IMG/VR virus record: IMGVR_UViG_3300032087_000975
Span: 1 to 30,158 of that record
Length of the DNA stretch: 30,158 nt
Source of the DNA: a virus
Taxonomy: Duplodnaviria > Caudoviricetes
Strand: one strand, 5' to 3'
Shown: piece by piece, positions 15,732-24,989 of the stretch
How positions within the stretch are numbered: position 1 is the stretch's first letter
Layout of the letters: each line of letters begins with the position of its first letter
The notes under the pieces: model-generated
Database searches by the model: none
Seen by the model: the letters and a program-made list of their open reading frames with translations, nothing else
What the model was told of the DNA's origin: nothing
Program-made: the position numbers and the translations under genes

Positions 15732-16415
15732 ATGAGTGAAGAAAAAGAAATAGTTGAAGAAGTAAAAGCAGTTGAAAATACTAATGATGATTTAGTAAAA
15801 AAACTGCAAAGCGAATTAAGCGAAGTAAACCAAAAGCTAGTTGATACGCGTGAAGAAGCCATGCGCAGGCGTAAAACTGTAGAAAGTTTACGTGTTGAAA
15901 TAGATACATTAAAAGCAAAACCAGAAGAACCGACACCAAATCAAACAGAAATAGTGTCGCAAATTAAAGCGCAATATGAAGAACAGCTATCGAATGAACG
16001 TTCTCAGCGTATGGATTTGCTACAAAAGAACGCATTAGCAGAATTAAAATCGTCATTAGCAGCAGAAAATATAGTGTCGCAAGGGTTACAACCTTTGGTC
16101 TTAATGGCTCAATCTAGAATTGGATTTGACGAAAATGGAAATATCCGTATAATGTCAGTGGATAATTCCAAACCCCTAGCAGGTACGGGCAGCGATGGTT
16201 ACGCAACACTAAGTGATCTAGCTAAAGAACTTGCAGCGTCGGAAACAGGCCAAATGTTCGTTAAAGATGTTGGCGTTTCAGGTGGCGGCAAACCACCAGC
16301 GAGTACAGGCGGTAAGTCTGTAAATTCACAAGTGACGCGAACACAATTCAATACAATGGGTCAACGTGAACGCTCACTATTTTTTAAGAATGGCGGCAAG
16401 GTCGTTAATGGCTAA
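15732..16415 (+). CDS. Capsid scaffolding protein
   Basis: Acidic coiled coil with a SGGG tail and a terminal helix (TRTQF..M...ER..F...GGKV). Directly before the capsid gene. Confidence 0.85.
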   Translation: MSEEKEIVEEVKAVENTNDDLVKKLQSELSEVNQKLVDTREEAMRRRKTVESLRVEIDTLKAKPEEPTPNQTEIVSQIKAQYEEQLSNERSQRMDLLQKNALAELKSSLAAENIVSQGLQPLVLMAQSRIGFDENGNIRIMSVDNSKPLAGTGSDGYATLSDLAKELAASETGQMFVKDVGVSGGGKPPASTGGKSVNSQVTRTQFNTMGQRERSLFFKNGGKVVNG

Positions 16416-16436
16416 CCGCAAAAGAAAGGAAATGTT

Positions 16437-17579
16437 ATGGCTAATACCTTAACTGATCTAGCGGCTGACATTTACAAAGCCGCTGACATTGTAGGCCGCG
16501 AACTAGTCGGCTTTATCCCTGCATCAACAGTTAATGCAGGTTCTGAACAAGCAGCAGTTGGTCAAACTGTTCGTTCGTTCACAACACCAGCCGCATCAGC
16601 GGTTACAATTAGCCCAAGTATGACAATACCAGAAGGTACAGATCAAACTCTGGGTAACAAAACGCTCACAATTACTGAGCAACGCGGTGTGCAAATCCCG
16701 TATACTGGTGAAGATGTACGCTTTTTGGATGGTGGCGCAGGTTATGAAACCGTTTATGGCGCACAAATCCAGCAAGCCATGCGAACACTAGTAAACGAAA
16801 TGGAAGCAGACTTAGCAGGCGAAGCATATAAAAACGCTTCTCGTGCGGTTGGTACAGCAGGCACTACGCCATTTGGTTCTAACTTCAATGCAGTTGCAGA
16901 AGCTAGACAAATTCTTGCTGACAACGGTATGCCAGTAAATGACGGGCGCACAAGCTTAGTTGTTAATACAGCAGCAGGTACAAATCTACGTAATCTAGCA
17001 TCATTGCAGCAGGTTAATACTGCTGGTGGTGATGACCTATTGCGCAGAGGCGAATTGCTAAACTTGCAAGGCGTATCATTAAAAGAAAGTGGGCAAGTAA
17101 TTTCGCACACTAAAGGTACAGGTACTTCTTACCTTCTTAATGACGCTTCTTCAGCAGTGGGCGATACAACCATTGCGGCAGATGGCGGTTCTGGTACAAT
17201 CTTAGCTGGTGATATTATTACGCTTGCTGGTGACACAAATAACTATGTAGTTAACACTGCGCTAAGTGGTGGTTCGCTAGTAATCGGTGACACTGGTTTA
17301 CGTGCAGCAGCAGCAGACAATGCAGCTATTACAGTAGGTAATAACTACACTGCTAACGTAATGATGCACCAAGCAGGTCTAGAACTAGCGATGAGAGCGC
17401 CAGCAAAACCAGTAGGCGGTGATGCAGCAGAAGATACGCTTGTAGTTCAAGACCCAACTTCAGGATTAGTTTTTGAAGTAGCCGTATATAAAGGCTTCAA
17501 TAAAGCAATGATCCAAGTTGGTGCGGTTTGGGGTTACAAAGCGTGGAACAGCGATGCAATTGCTATCGTTATGGGTTAA
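16437..17579 (+). CDS. Major capsid protein (P22 coat-like)
   Basis: MANTLT.L...VGRELVGFIP start, Ala/Gly/Thr-rich insertion domain, AVWG.KAW end. AAGGA RBS. Confidence 0.9.
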   Translation: MANTLTDLAADIYKAADIVGRELVGFIPASTVNAGSEQAAVGQTVRSFTTPAASAVTISPSMTIPEGTDQTLGNKTLTITEQRGVQIPYTGEDVRFLDGGAGYETVYGAQIQQAMRTLVNEMEADLAGEAYKNASRAVGTAGTTPFGSNFNAVAEARQILADNGMPVNDGRTSLVVNTAAGTNLRNLASLQQVNTAGGDDLLRRGELLNLQGVSLKESGQVISHTKGTGTSYLLNDASSAVGDTTIAADGGSGTILAGDIITLAGDTNNYVVNTALSGGSLVIGDTGLRAAAADNAAITVGNNYTANVMMHQAGLELAMRAPAKPVGGDAAEDTLVVQDPTSGLVFEVAVYKGFNKAMIQVGAVWGYKAWNSDAIAIVMG

Positions 17580-17585
17580 ACGGTT

Positions 17586-17612
17586 AGGGGGATTATTCCC
17601 CCTTTCCCTTTT
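17586..17612 (+). terminator. Hairpin/terminator after the capsid gene
   Basis: aggggga-ttat-tccccct followed by ttccctttt. Confidence 0.6.
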
Positions 17613-17625
17613 AAAAGGAATTAAA

Positions 17626-17703
17626 ATGCCAAGAGCGTATTTAAAGAAAAAAGGCATGATCGTTAAGAAAAAGCCTAAGAAAGCGAAGAAGAAAAAGAAG
17701 TAA
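17626..17703 (+). CDS. 25-aa Lys-rich peptide MPRAYLKKKGMIVKKKPKKAKKKKK
   Basis: AAGGA RBS, and the stop overlaps the next ATG (TAATG). Confidence 0.75.
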   Translation: MPRAYLKKKGMIVKKKPKKAKKKKK

Positions 17704-17981
17704 TGGCAAAAGACCCACGCATAAAACGGCTAGGCGTTAAGGGCTACAATAAGCCTAAACGAACACCAAACCACCCTAAAAAATCGCATGTGGTACTAGC
17801 TAAAGTAGGGTCTAAAGTAAAAACTATTAGATTTGGTCAACAGGGCGTTAGAGGTGCTGGCAAAAATCCTAAATCAGCAGCACAAAAAGCCAGAAGAAAA
17901 TCATTTATGGCGCGTCATAGAAAAAATATAGCTAAAGGCAAAATGTCAGCAGCATATTGGGCTGCAAGGGTAAAATGGTAA
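17703..17981 (+). CDS. Highly basic 92-aa protein
   Basis: 28 K+R and one acidic residue. KSHVVLAK...IRFGQQG...SF.ARH...SAAYWA..VKW pattern. Confidence 0.85.
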   Translation: MAKDPRIKRLGVKGYNKPKRTPNHPKKSHVVLAKVGSKVKTIRFGQQGVRGAGKNPKSAAQKARRKSFMARHRKNIAKGKMSAAYWAARVKW

Positions 17982-17985
17982 CATT

Positions 17986-18129
17986 ATGGCTAAACTTACA
18001 AAGGCACAAAAAAGACGCGCAAAAGAAATAAGCCGTAGGCGTGGTATAAAGTACCCTAATGCGTGGGCTAATTTAATGGTAGCGCGTGGTAAACGTGTTA
18101 GCCGTAAAAGAAAGGCCAAAAAGAAATGA
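17986..18129 (+). CDS. 47-aa Arg/Lys-rich peptide
   Basis: MAKLTKAQKRRAKEISRRRGIKYPNAWANLMVARGKRVSRKRKAKKK. ATGA overlap with the next gene. Confidence 0.75.
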   Translation: MAKLTKAQKRRAKEISRRRGIKYPNAWANLMVARGKRVSRKRKAKKK

Positions 18130-18371
18130 ATACAGTTAAAATTAAACACGACACTGGGAAAGATGGTTATGCTATAATTAACGAAGCAGACTATAACCCA
18201 AAAATTCACACATTATTTGACGCAGAACCGAAAAGGGCAAGAAAAGCTAACGGTCAATTGCAAGCTGATGACCCTTCTACACCAGACGTAAACGAAGCGT
18301 GGGAAGGCGGTAAAGCACCAGCAAAGAAAGCAAAAAAGAAACCAGCGGCAAAGAAAAAGGCGGCTAAGTAA
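18126..18371 (+). CDS. Small virion-region protein with histone-H1-like AKK tail
   Basis: IINEADY.P..H.L domain, ADDPSTPDVNEAW motif, KAPAKKAKKKPAAKKKAAK tail. Confidence 0.8.
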   Translation: MNTVKIKHDTGKDGYAIINEADYNPKIHTLFDAEPKRARKANGQLQADDPSTPDVNEAWEGGKAPAKKAKKKPAAKKKAAK

Positions 18372-18871
18372 TGGCAATTATAACAACGGTTGGAGCGACA
18401 ACGGCTAATAGCTACATAACGGTAGCTGAATACGAAACGTTTTGGACAGAGCGTAATGTCACTATATCACATTCTACAGCAGCAAAGGAAAGTGAATTAG
18501 TCAAAGCGGCTGATTATTTAAATCGCACTTATAACTATATTGGGGAAAGGCAGTATCGTTATCAGGGTATGGAATGGCCCAGATTAACAGGTACAATGTT
18601 GGTAAAAGATTGGCCTATTGATCCCGACACAGTTCCGCAAGACATAAAAGATGCGCAAGCAGAAATGGCGTATCTTATTCATGGCGGTGCTACCCCATTT
18701 TCTACCGTTTCATACGGAGCAATTAAGCGTACAAAATCCAAGGCTGGGTCAGTAGAAAGTGAAACAGAATATACTAATTACCGTGAAGTGCCAAGGTACG
18801 TAGCAATCGAAGGTTTATTAGCGCCATATACAGAATTTGGTGGCGCACAAATTAAGGTTTTACGTGCATGA
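18371..18871 (+). CDS. Head-tail adaptor (DnaT-like annotated family)
   Basis: ANSYITVAE, A.DYL, WPR, VPQDIKDAQ.E.A, KAGSVE.EY motifs in the neck position. Confidence 0.8.
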   Translation: MAIITTVGATTANSYITVAEYETFWTERNVTISHSTAAKESELVKAADYLNRTYNYIGERQYRYQGMEWPRLTGTMLVKDWPIDPDTVPQDIKDAQAEMAYLIHGGATPFSTVSYGAIKRTKSKAGSVESETEYTNYREVPRYVAIEGLLAPYTEFGGAQIKVLRA

Positions 18872-19242
18872 CTACTGTAACAGCGATAGCAGATGCAGCT
18901 TTTGATGCAGTCCATGCAGCAATAACTGATGTTATTAAAGATGCTACGCTATCATATGCTACAAATTACGATCATACCTATGACGTGGACGAAGGTAATT
19001 ATTCACAAGCAACAACGTCAATAACGGGTAGAGTTGTATTTGATACAGAAAAGCCAGCAAAAGATATTTTTCCTGATTATGTGCAAGGCACAAAAGAAGA
19101 ACTAGTATTGCTGGAAGGTTTTAGCGCAGCCGCAAAAGAAGGTTACACGCTTACAATCGGAAGTGATAATTATGTTGTTAGACGGGCGCAAGCAGTAGCA
19201 GGCTCTGTTTCTTTGGTTTACGCAGTGGTGGCGAAAAAATGA
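18868..19242 (+). CDS. Head closure/stopper protein
   Basis: Size, beta-rich character and position in the neck module. Confidence 0.6.
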   Translation: MTTVTAIADAAFDAVHAAITDVIKDATLSYATNYDHTYDVDEGNYSQATTSITGRVVFDTEKPAKDIFPDYVQGTKEELVLLEGFSAAAKEGYTLTIGSDNYVVRRAQAVAGSVSLVYAVVAKK

Positions 19243-19649
19243 CAAACGTACAGAACGCCAAAGATTTTAGCCTAAAGTTAAATAAACAGGTGCTAGATAC
19301 AAACGAAAAAATAGAAGATGCAATACAGGTTATTGCAATGGATAGCTTACGCGGCGTAGTTCAGAAATCACCCGTAGACACTGGACGTTTTCGCGGTAAC
19401 TGGATAGTTTCAGTAGATAGCCCAAACTTAACAGAAACGCAGCAAACAGATGTAAATGGTTCAGCAACCATCAATAAAGGCATGGCAGCGATAGAAGCAT
19501 TTGATATAAATAACAGCAGAATTTATATTCAGAATAACTTGCCATACGGCAACCGATTAGAAAACGGGTGGTCAAAGCAAGCGCCTAATGGAATGGTTGC
19601 TTTAACGCTTTCTGAAATGAGCGCAAAATATAGGGAAATTCTTATATGA
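19239..19649 (+). CDS. HK97 gp10-like neck/tail completion protein
   Basis: SPVDTGRFRGNW...NNLPY..RLE.GWSKQAP.GMV signature. Confidence 0.88.
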   Translation: MTNVQNAKDFSLKLNKQVLDTNEKIEDAIQVIAMDSLRGVVQKSPVDTGRFRGNWIVSVDSPNLTETQQTDVNGSATINKGMAAIEAFDINNSRIYIQNNLPYGNRLENGWSKQAPNGMVALTLSEMSAKYREILI

Positions 19650-20080
19650 GCTATTCCACAGAACGCAAAGCGATAGAAAAATATTTGCTTAGATACTGGG
19701 GAGAACGCACCCCAATAGGATTTGACGGTCACGAATTTGAACCAACTTCTGAAAGTATACGTCTAACGATACAGAACGGTCAGGCTTTTCAGGGGTCTAT
19801 TGGCGGCACAACAAATAGAATAGACTATACAGGATTAATACAAATACAAATATTTACTGATGGCGGCAAAGGTACAAACGCATGGCGGCAACATGCGGAA
19901 GAATTAGATACTTTGTTCCACGATAAAAGATTAAATGATAAGGGTGCAGTAGCGACAACCGACACATTTATTAGATTTTCACCAGATCAACAGCACCCCT
20001 ATATATCTGCTGAAATTTCTGATATACCTTTTCACATAGCAACCTTTAACGCGCCATTTGTGCGTTATGAATATAAATAG
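19646..20080 (+). CDS. Tail terminator protein
   Basis: G.IQIQIFT..G.G...A..L..LF pattern. Precedes the tail tube gene. Confidence 0.75.
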   Translation: MSYSTERKAIEKYLLRYWGERTPIGFDGHEFEPTSESIRLTIQNGQAFQGSIGGTTNRIDYTGLIQIQIFTDGGKGTNAWRQHAEELDTLFHDKRLNDKGAVATTDTFIRFSPDQQHPYISAEISDIPFHIATFNAPFVRYEYK

Positions 20081-20091
20081 GAGGCCACAAA

Positions 20092-21039
20092 ATGGTTGGC
20101 ATTGCATCAAATCAGCTTAGATCAGCTTTTGTGGCTGAAACTACAGCAAACACAACACCATCAACACCATCATTTACAAATAGTGATGTACCAATAAACA
20201 TGACCGCAACACCTAACATTATTGAACACCGTTCATTAGCTGGTAAAGGTGAAGCAGTCGAAACGTCTATTGGCGGTATAGATGTATCTGGCACAATGTC
20301 AGGTACGCTAGTGTACGGCGCTTATGACGATATGTTAGAAAGCCTTTTGCAAGGTACATGGGCAACTAATGTGCTAAAAAATGCTAAAACAACGCAAACA
20401 TTTACTGTAGAAAACGCAATTGCAGCAGGCGATGGCGGCACAAATACAATGATGCGCTATACAGGTGTAGAAGTTTCTGGCGGTTCAATAACTCTGACTT
20501 CTAACGCAGATATTACATTTGCATTTGATCTATTAGGTATGGGGTCAGCAGATACGACAACCAGCGCAATTTCTGGCGCTACCTATACGGATCAATCGCA
20601 AAGAACACCGTTATCTAGTGGTTTAGATGTTGGCACAATCGCAATGGCAGGTTACACGCTAGACGCGTTTGAAAGTGCAACAATTAATTTTACTTACGAA
20701 GGTCGTGAAGCGCAGAATAAATTAGGTTCTGATTATGCTAAAGGCGGTATTACAAAAGGCGCGTTATTAGCAGAAATTACAGCTAGGGTGTATGTCGATA
20801 GCAACTTTGCATCTATGTACAACGCAGCGCGTGATAATAATCACACCCTTTTTGCTACTACTTTCCCTTTAGGGTCGGTGTCTGGTTCTAAATACACGCT
20901 AGTTTTCCCTAAGTGCAAATTCACAACATCTAATTTAGATTTTACGGGAACAGCAGCAATGCAAGACGTAACAATACGCGCAATGTATGACGAAGCAACT
21001 GAAGATGCTTCAGTTAAACTAACAAGGGCAGTAAGCTAA
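20092..21039 (+). CDS. Major tail tube protein
   Basis: 315 aa, Thr-rich. FVAETT...TP start and Y.L.FPK.K end. GGAGG RBS. Confidence 0.85.
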   Translation: MVGIASNQLRSAFVAETTANTTPSTPSFTNSDVPINMTATPNIIEHRSLAGKGEAVETSIGGIDVSGTMSGTLVYGAYDDMLESLLQGTWATNVLKNAKTTQTFTVENAIAAGDGGTNTMMRYTGVEVSGGSITLTSNADITFAFDLLGMGSADTTTSAISGATYTDQSQRTPLSSGLDVGTIAMAGYTLDAFESATINFTYEGREAQNKLGSDYAKGGITKGALLAEITARVYVDSNFASMYNAARDNNHTLFATTFPLGSVSGSKYTLVFPKCKFTTSNLDFTGTAAMQDVTIRAMYDEATEDASVKLTRAVS

Positions 21040-21197
21040 TGTTTGTTGTGCAATCTAAATTTTCAGCAGTAGTTGATGATAAAGAAGTTACTTACCGTAA
21101 AGGCGATAAAGTAAACGAAGAAGTAGCTAAAAAACTGGGTTTAGCCGACAAGCCCAATTTAGCTATTAGCGATAAAAGTATACCGACAGAAGAATAA
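21039..21197 (+). CDS. 52-aa hypothetical protein
   Basis: MFVVQSKFSAVVDDKEVTYRKGDKVNEEVAKKLGLADKPNLAISDKSIPTEE. TAATG coupling to the tube gene. Confidence 0.75.
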   Translation: MFVVQSKFSAVVDDKEVTYRKGDKVNEEVAKKLGLADKPNLAISDKSIPTEE

Positions 21198-21209
21198 GTG
21201 CAGCACTTA

Positions 21210-21261
21210 GGGGGGATATTTCTTTGTCGGTAAGTATCCCCCCACTTAACCGACAAAGGAA
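21210..21261 (+). promoter_or_regulatory. RBS-sequestering pseudoknot or alternative hairpins
   Basis: Stem ggggggata/tatcccccc. Its loop ctttgtcggt is complementary to accgacaaag, which overlaps the AAAGGA SD. Confidence 0.65.
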
Positions 21262-21266
21262 AACCG

Positions 21267-21743
21267 ATGCTTAAATTAACGCAACCAAATATGTCTGATC
21301 AAATATTTCGTAGGGAATTTTCATCAGAACTAGATTTTCTATCAGGCGAAACAACATTTATAGAAATTAAATGTCGTGCTGGTGGATGGTTAAATCACAA
21401 ATTAATTAAATTACGTGATGACATAGAATTAAATAGACAAATACAAACTATGCAAGCAGCAGAGTTTATAAAAGATAGAGAAAAGTTTGCTAGAAAAGCC
21501 GCTGAAAATACAAAAACTATAGGTAAAATGCAATTTGGCGCGTTGTTTGACGCGTGTGTTATTCATTGGAATACTAATATTAAAAATGATGGCAAAAACA
21601 TGGATTGTGTAAAAAGCACCTTTATGGCGTTAGCAGATGTTAGGATAGAAGAAATTTCTAATTATTTCGTAGATTTTGCGAAATATGTAGATGATTTAGC
21701 AAATTTTATAACAGAAGCAGATAAGGAAACGGAAAAAAACTAA
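21267..21743 (+). CDS. Tail assembly chaperone (lambda gpG-like)
   Basis: Between tube and tape measure. Ends EKN* at a slippery site. Confidence 0.85.
   Translation: MLKLTQPNMSDQIFRREFSSELDFLSGETTFIEIKCRAGGWLNHKLIKLRDDIELNRQIQTMQAAEFIKDREKFARKAAENTKTIGKMQFGALFDACVIHWNTNIKNDGKNMDCVKSTFMALADVRIEEISNYFVDFAKYVDDLANFITEADKETEKN
21734..21740 (+). other. -1 programmed ribosomal frameshift site A AAA AAC
   Basis: X XXY YYZ heptamer just before the stop. The -1 frame stays open to 22051. Confidence 0.85.
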
Positions 21744-22051
21744 TTAGCGCACTTCTTTGGTCATATCAATATTCACCAAAAGATGAACAGTATTTGATTG
21801 CAAAGGGTGCGCTGGACATAACAAAAAAGCCAATACCAAATAATTTAACTGCATGGATAGCGTTTAATTCTTTACGTAATTCAAGACAAATAAGTTTTAA
21901 CGGAGTTGCGCCTATACCATTTACAGAAATTATGGCATACTGCAAACACGCTGGTATTGATTGCGAAATTGAAAGGTCAAGATTAGCAAGATTTGTTATG
22001 GCATTAGATAAAGCGGAGCGTGAACAGTGGCACAATCAACACTCAGATTAA
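21740..22051 (+). CDS. gpT-like frameshift extension of the chaperone
   Basis: -1 frame LISALLWSYQYSPKDEQYLIAKG...AW.AF..L..SRQ......PIPF.EI.AY...ALD, continuous with track ORF 21794..22051. Confidence 0.8.
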   Translation, partial: LISALLWSYQYSPKDEQYLIAKGALDITKKPIPNNLTAWIAFNSLRNSRQISFNGVAPIPFTEIMAYCKHAGIDCEIERSRLARFVMALDKAEREQWHNQHSD

Positions 22052-23805
22052 ACATTGACAGCACGGGCGCAAAGCAAGGCGCAGATCAATTTTCTAGTGC
22101 AACAGACCAAGTAAAACAAAAAGCAACGCAGGCATGCAGTGCTGTAGATAGAATGGGTGGGCGTTTTAGTAAGGTTACTAATATGTCTGCACAGTCAAGG
22201 TTTGTGTTTCAAAACACTGCTAACCAGTTAGGCGATATAGCTGTACAAGCTTCTATGGGTACAAATATATTTCGTGTTTTGGGTATGCAGCTACCGCAAT
22301 TAGCTGGCGGTTTTGCTATATTAGGCGGTACAATGGGTGTCGTGCTGCCTATTTTGGGTGTTATTGCTGCTGTTGGTTTTCCACTTATTGCGATGTTTAC
22401 TAGCATGGGTCAGAAGGCCAAAAGTGCTGGCGAAATGCTTGACGATTTTAGTGCTGATTTAGGTGACGCAGCAGACCACTTAGAAAAAACATCTATACCA
22501 CTATCAACTTTAGATGAAGAATTTGGTATTTTTGCCGCAAGCGTAAAAGAAGCGAGGGAGTCATTACAAGAATTAATACTTGCTGGTTTAGTTAGGGATT
22601 TAGACGCTGTTGGTAACAAATTGTCAGAATTTTCAGGAAATCAGGGTATTTTTGAACGTATAAAGTACGGCTCAGAACGTTTTGGCGCAGCAAACAGAAA
22701 ATTACAAGCTCAGTTAGGCGCAACAGAAGAACAGGCAGACGCATTAGTTGAAGCTTTTGCAGCACTGGAAGGCGCATTTGAACCAGAAGATCAAATAATT
22801 GCTTATCAAAATTTACGCGAAGCTTTATTAAACTTAAATCCTGTAACAGACGAACAAAAAGATAAACAGCTAGAACTTGCACGGGCAGCTTTGCAGGGTC
22901 AAGAAGATGGTTCAAAGCTTGTTCAAATGTATAATGATTTAAAGGAAAGTATTGATAAAGTTAATAATACACCTTTAAAAATAGAAATTCCTACAGGTTT
23001 CCTTAGAGGTGGAAGGGGTAGCGTATTACCTTCCGCATCAGATTTACTAATGATGCGTATGGGCGGTGAAATCACAGACAAAGATGGAAAACCTGACCCA
23101 ACAGCAGACGCAGCACGTAAAAAAGAACAAACAGAACTTGTTAGTTTTGCTAAGAAATTTAAGCCAGTCATTGATGCCACAAAAGAATACAATGACAACA
23201 TGGAAAAATTAAACCGTGCTAGAGAAATTGGCGCAATTACTGAAGCACAACACGCACAAGCTACATCAGTAGCCACCCAACAGTACCAAATAGCAACAGG
23301 TGAACTAATTGACTATACAAGAGTAGCTAACACGTTTGCACAATCATTAGAAGATAGCATGATGGCGTTAGCAGATGGTACAATGTCTGTTAAAGATGCG
23401 TTTAGAAATATGGCTTCTATGGTTATTAAAGAACTGTATAGGGTTTTAGTCGTACAGCGTTTAGTCAACGCAGCAATGGGCATTTTTGGTTTCACGCCTT
23501 CTATTGGGGGTGGTTATGTACCTATAGGTGGCGCTGGCGCGTATGGTGGCCCTGTAGAGGCTGGTAAAGGCATTGTTGTGGGTGAACGTGGGCCAGAAGT
23601 ATTTTACCCACCTACAAGCGGAAATCTAGAGCCTACGGGTGGTGGCGATATTGTGGTAAATCAAACAATAAACGTTAGTACAGGGGTGCAGCAGACAGTA
23701 AGAACAGAAATTAGGTCGTTAATGCCAGAAATAGCGCAAAGTGCAAAAGCTGCTGTTGCAGACGCTAAAAGGCGTGGCGGTAGTTATGGAAGGAATTTTG
23801 CATAA
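22027..23805 (+). CDS. Tail tape measure protein
   Basis: Helical and Ala-rich. QN.A.QL.DIAVQ..MG....RV..MQLPQ motif and C-terminal GGPV..G...VGERGPE.F. GTG start. Confidence 0.9.
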   Translation: MAQSTLRLNIDSTGAKQGADQFSSATDQVKQKATQACSAVDRMGGRFSKVTNMSAQSRFVFQNTANQLGDIAVQASMGTNIFRVLGMQLPQLAGGFAILGGTMGVVLPILGVIAAVGFPLIAMFTSMGQKAKSAGEMLDDFSADLGDAADHLEKTSIPLSTLDEEFGIFAASVKEARESLQELILAGLVRDLDAVGNKLSEFSGNQGIFERIKYGSERFGAANRKLQAQLGATEEQADALVEAFAALEGAFEPEDQIIAYQNLREALLNLNPVTDEQKDKQLELARAALQGQEDGSKLVQMYNDLKESIDKVNNTPLKIEIPTGFLRGGRGSVLPSASDLLMMRMGGEITDKDGKPDPTADAARKKEQTELVSFAKKFKPVIDATKEYNDNMEKLNRAREIGAITEAQHAQATSVATQQYQIATGELIDYTRVANTFAQSLEDSMMALADGTMSVKDAFRNMASMVIKELYRVLVVQRLVNAAMGIFGFTPSIGGGYVPIGGAGAYGGPVEAGKGIVVGERGPEVFYPPTSGNLEPTGGGDIVVNQTINVSTGVQQTVRTEIRSLMPEIAQSAKAAVADAKRRGGSYGRNFA

Positions 23806-24396
23806 ATGGCTATTACTTACCCACTAGCATTGCCCACAAATATAGGTATAGGATCAATACAGCTAAGAGCGACAAACGCAGTTGCTTATTCACGAAGCCC
23901 GTTTACTTTTGCTGGTCAAGCCCACGCATACAGTGGCGAAATATGGGAAGCTGACGTAACTCTACCACCATTAAATAAAACAGATGCGGAAGCATGGATA
24001 GCCTTTCTTATGAGTTTACGCGGTCAGCATGGCACATTTTATTTAAATGACCCTAGCGGAACTAGTCTAAGCAGTGGTTCAGCGCCTAGTTCTTTAGCAA
24101 TAACAGGTTCTGCTGGCGCTAGAAGCGTAACAGCAACCATGACGGGTACACTGTTAGCTGGTGATTATTTTTCTTTGGGTACAGGTGCTGATATGAGATT
24201 ATACAAAGTATTAGCAGACAAAACAAATAGCGGAACACTGGAAATATGGCCTGCTTTACGCGCTACGGCTTCTAGTGCAACAGCAGATATTACAAGCGCA
24301 TCTGGCGTTTTTAGGCTATCTGCAAATCAACAGGCGTGGACTATAAACAATGCTAATATTTTTGGCATTACATTTGGAGCGATGGAAGTTGTATGA
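23806..24396 (+). CDS. Distal tail protein-like
   Basis: Follows the tape measure. SPFT...Q......W.A.V.LPP...W.AFL..LRG and I.PALR patterns. Confidence 0.7.
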   Translation: MAITYPLALPTNIGIGSIQLRATNAVAYSRSPFTFAGQAHAYSGEIWEADVTLPPLNKTDAEAWIAFLMSLRGQHGTFYLNDPSGTSLSSGSAPSSLAITGSAGARSVTATMTGTLLAGDYFSLGTGADMRLYKVLADKTNSGTLEIWPALRATASSATADITSASGVFRLSANQQAWTINNANIFGITFGAMEVV

Positions 24397-24989
24397 CTAG
24401 AGCAGTTGCGCAGGCTATTTTAAATGCACTAAGTGATGACAGTGTAGAAGTATTTTACGCAGTAGATTTAGATTTTGACAGCGGTAATTTACGGCTCTGG
24501 ACGGGTTACGGAAACAAAACAATTAACAGCCAAACTTATGTTGGTACTGGGGATTTGTTGCAAATCGACGGTCTAGAAGAAACATCCGATTTGTCAGCAA
24601 CAAATACAACGTTAGTTTTAAATGGGCTAGATAGCACAATTTTAACCTATGCGCTGACAGAACAATACCAAGGCAGATTGGTTACAATTTACTGGGGTTT
24701 AAATAATAATACCGTAGAGGTTTTTTCTGGTTACATGGATCAGATGCGTATATTGGATAGCGGCGATACTTCTACAATAGAATTGACTGTAGAAAGCCGT
24801 TTAATAACGCTAGAGCGCCCAAACGCAAGACGGTACACAGCAGAAAGCCATGCAGCGGTTCGATTGCGTAAATGGCTTGATGATGGCAACAGCGGCACAC
24901 CAGCAGCAGATACTTTTTTTGATTGGACAACCAAGCTACAAGATAAACAAATAGTTTGGGGGCGCGAAGTTGATGACGGTAACGCCTAA
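24393..24989 (+). CDS. Minor tail / baseplate hub protein
   Basis: RLWTG.G......Y.GTG.L, FSGYMD.M, ESRL..L.R...RYT, LQDK.I.WG patterns. Confidence 0.7.
   Translation: MTRAVAQAILNALSDDSVEVFYAVDLDFDSGNLRLWTGYGNKTINSQTYVGTGDLLQIDGLEETSDLSATNTTLVLNGLDSTILTYALTEQYQGRLVTIYWGLNNNTVEVFSGYMDQMRILDSGDTSTIELTVESRLITLERPNARRYTAESHAAVRLRKWLDDGNSGTPAADTFFDWTTKLQDKQIVWGREVDDGNA

Noticed and set aside
17518-17625. N-terminal extension of the Lys-rich peptide in the track
   Set aside because: It overlaps the capsid end and hairpin. The RBS supports ATG 17626.
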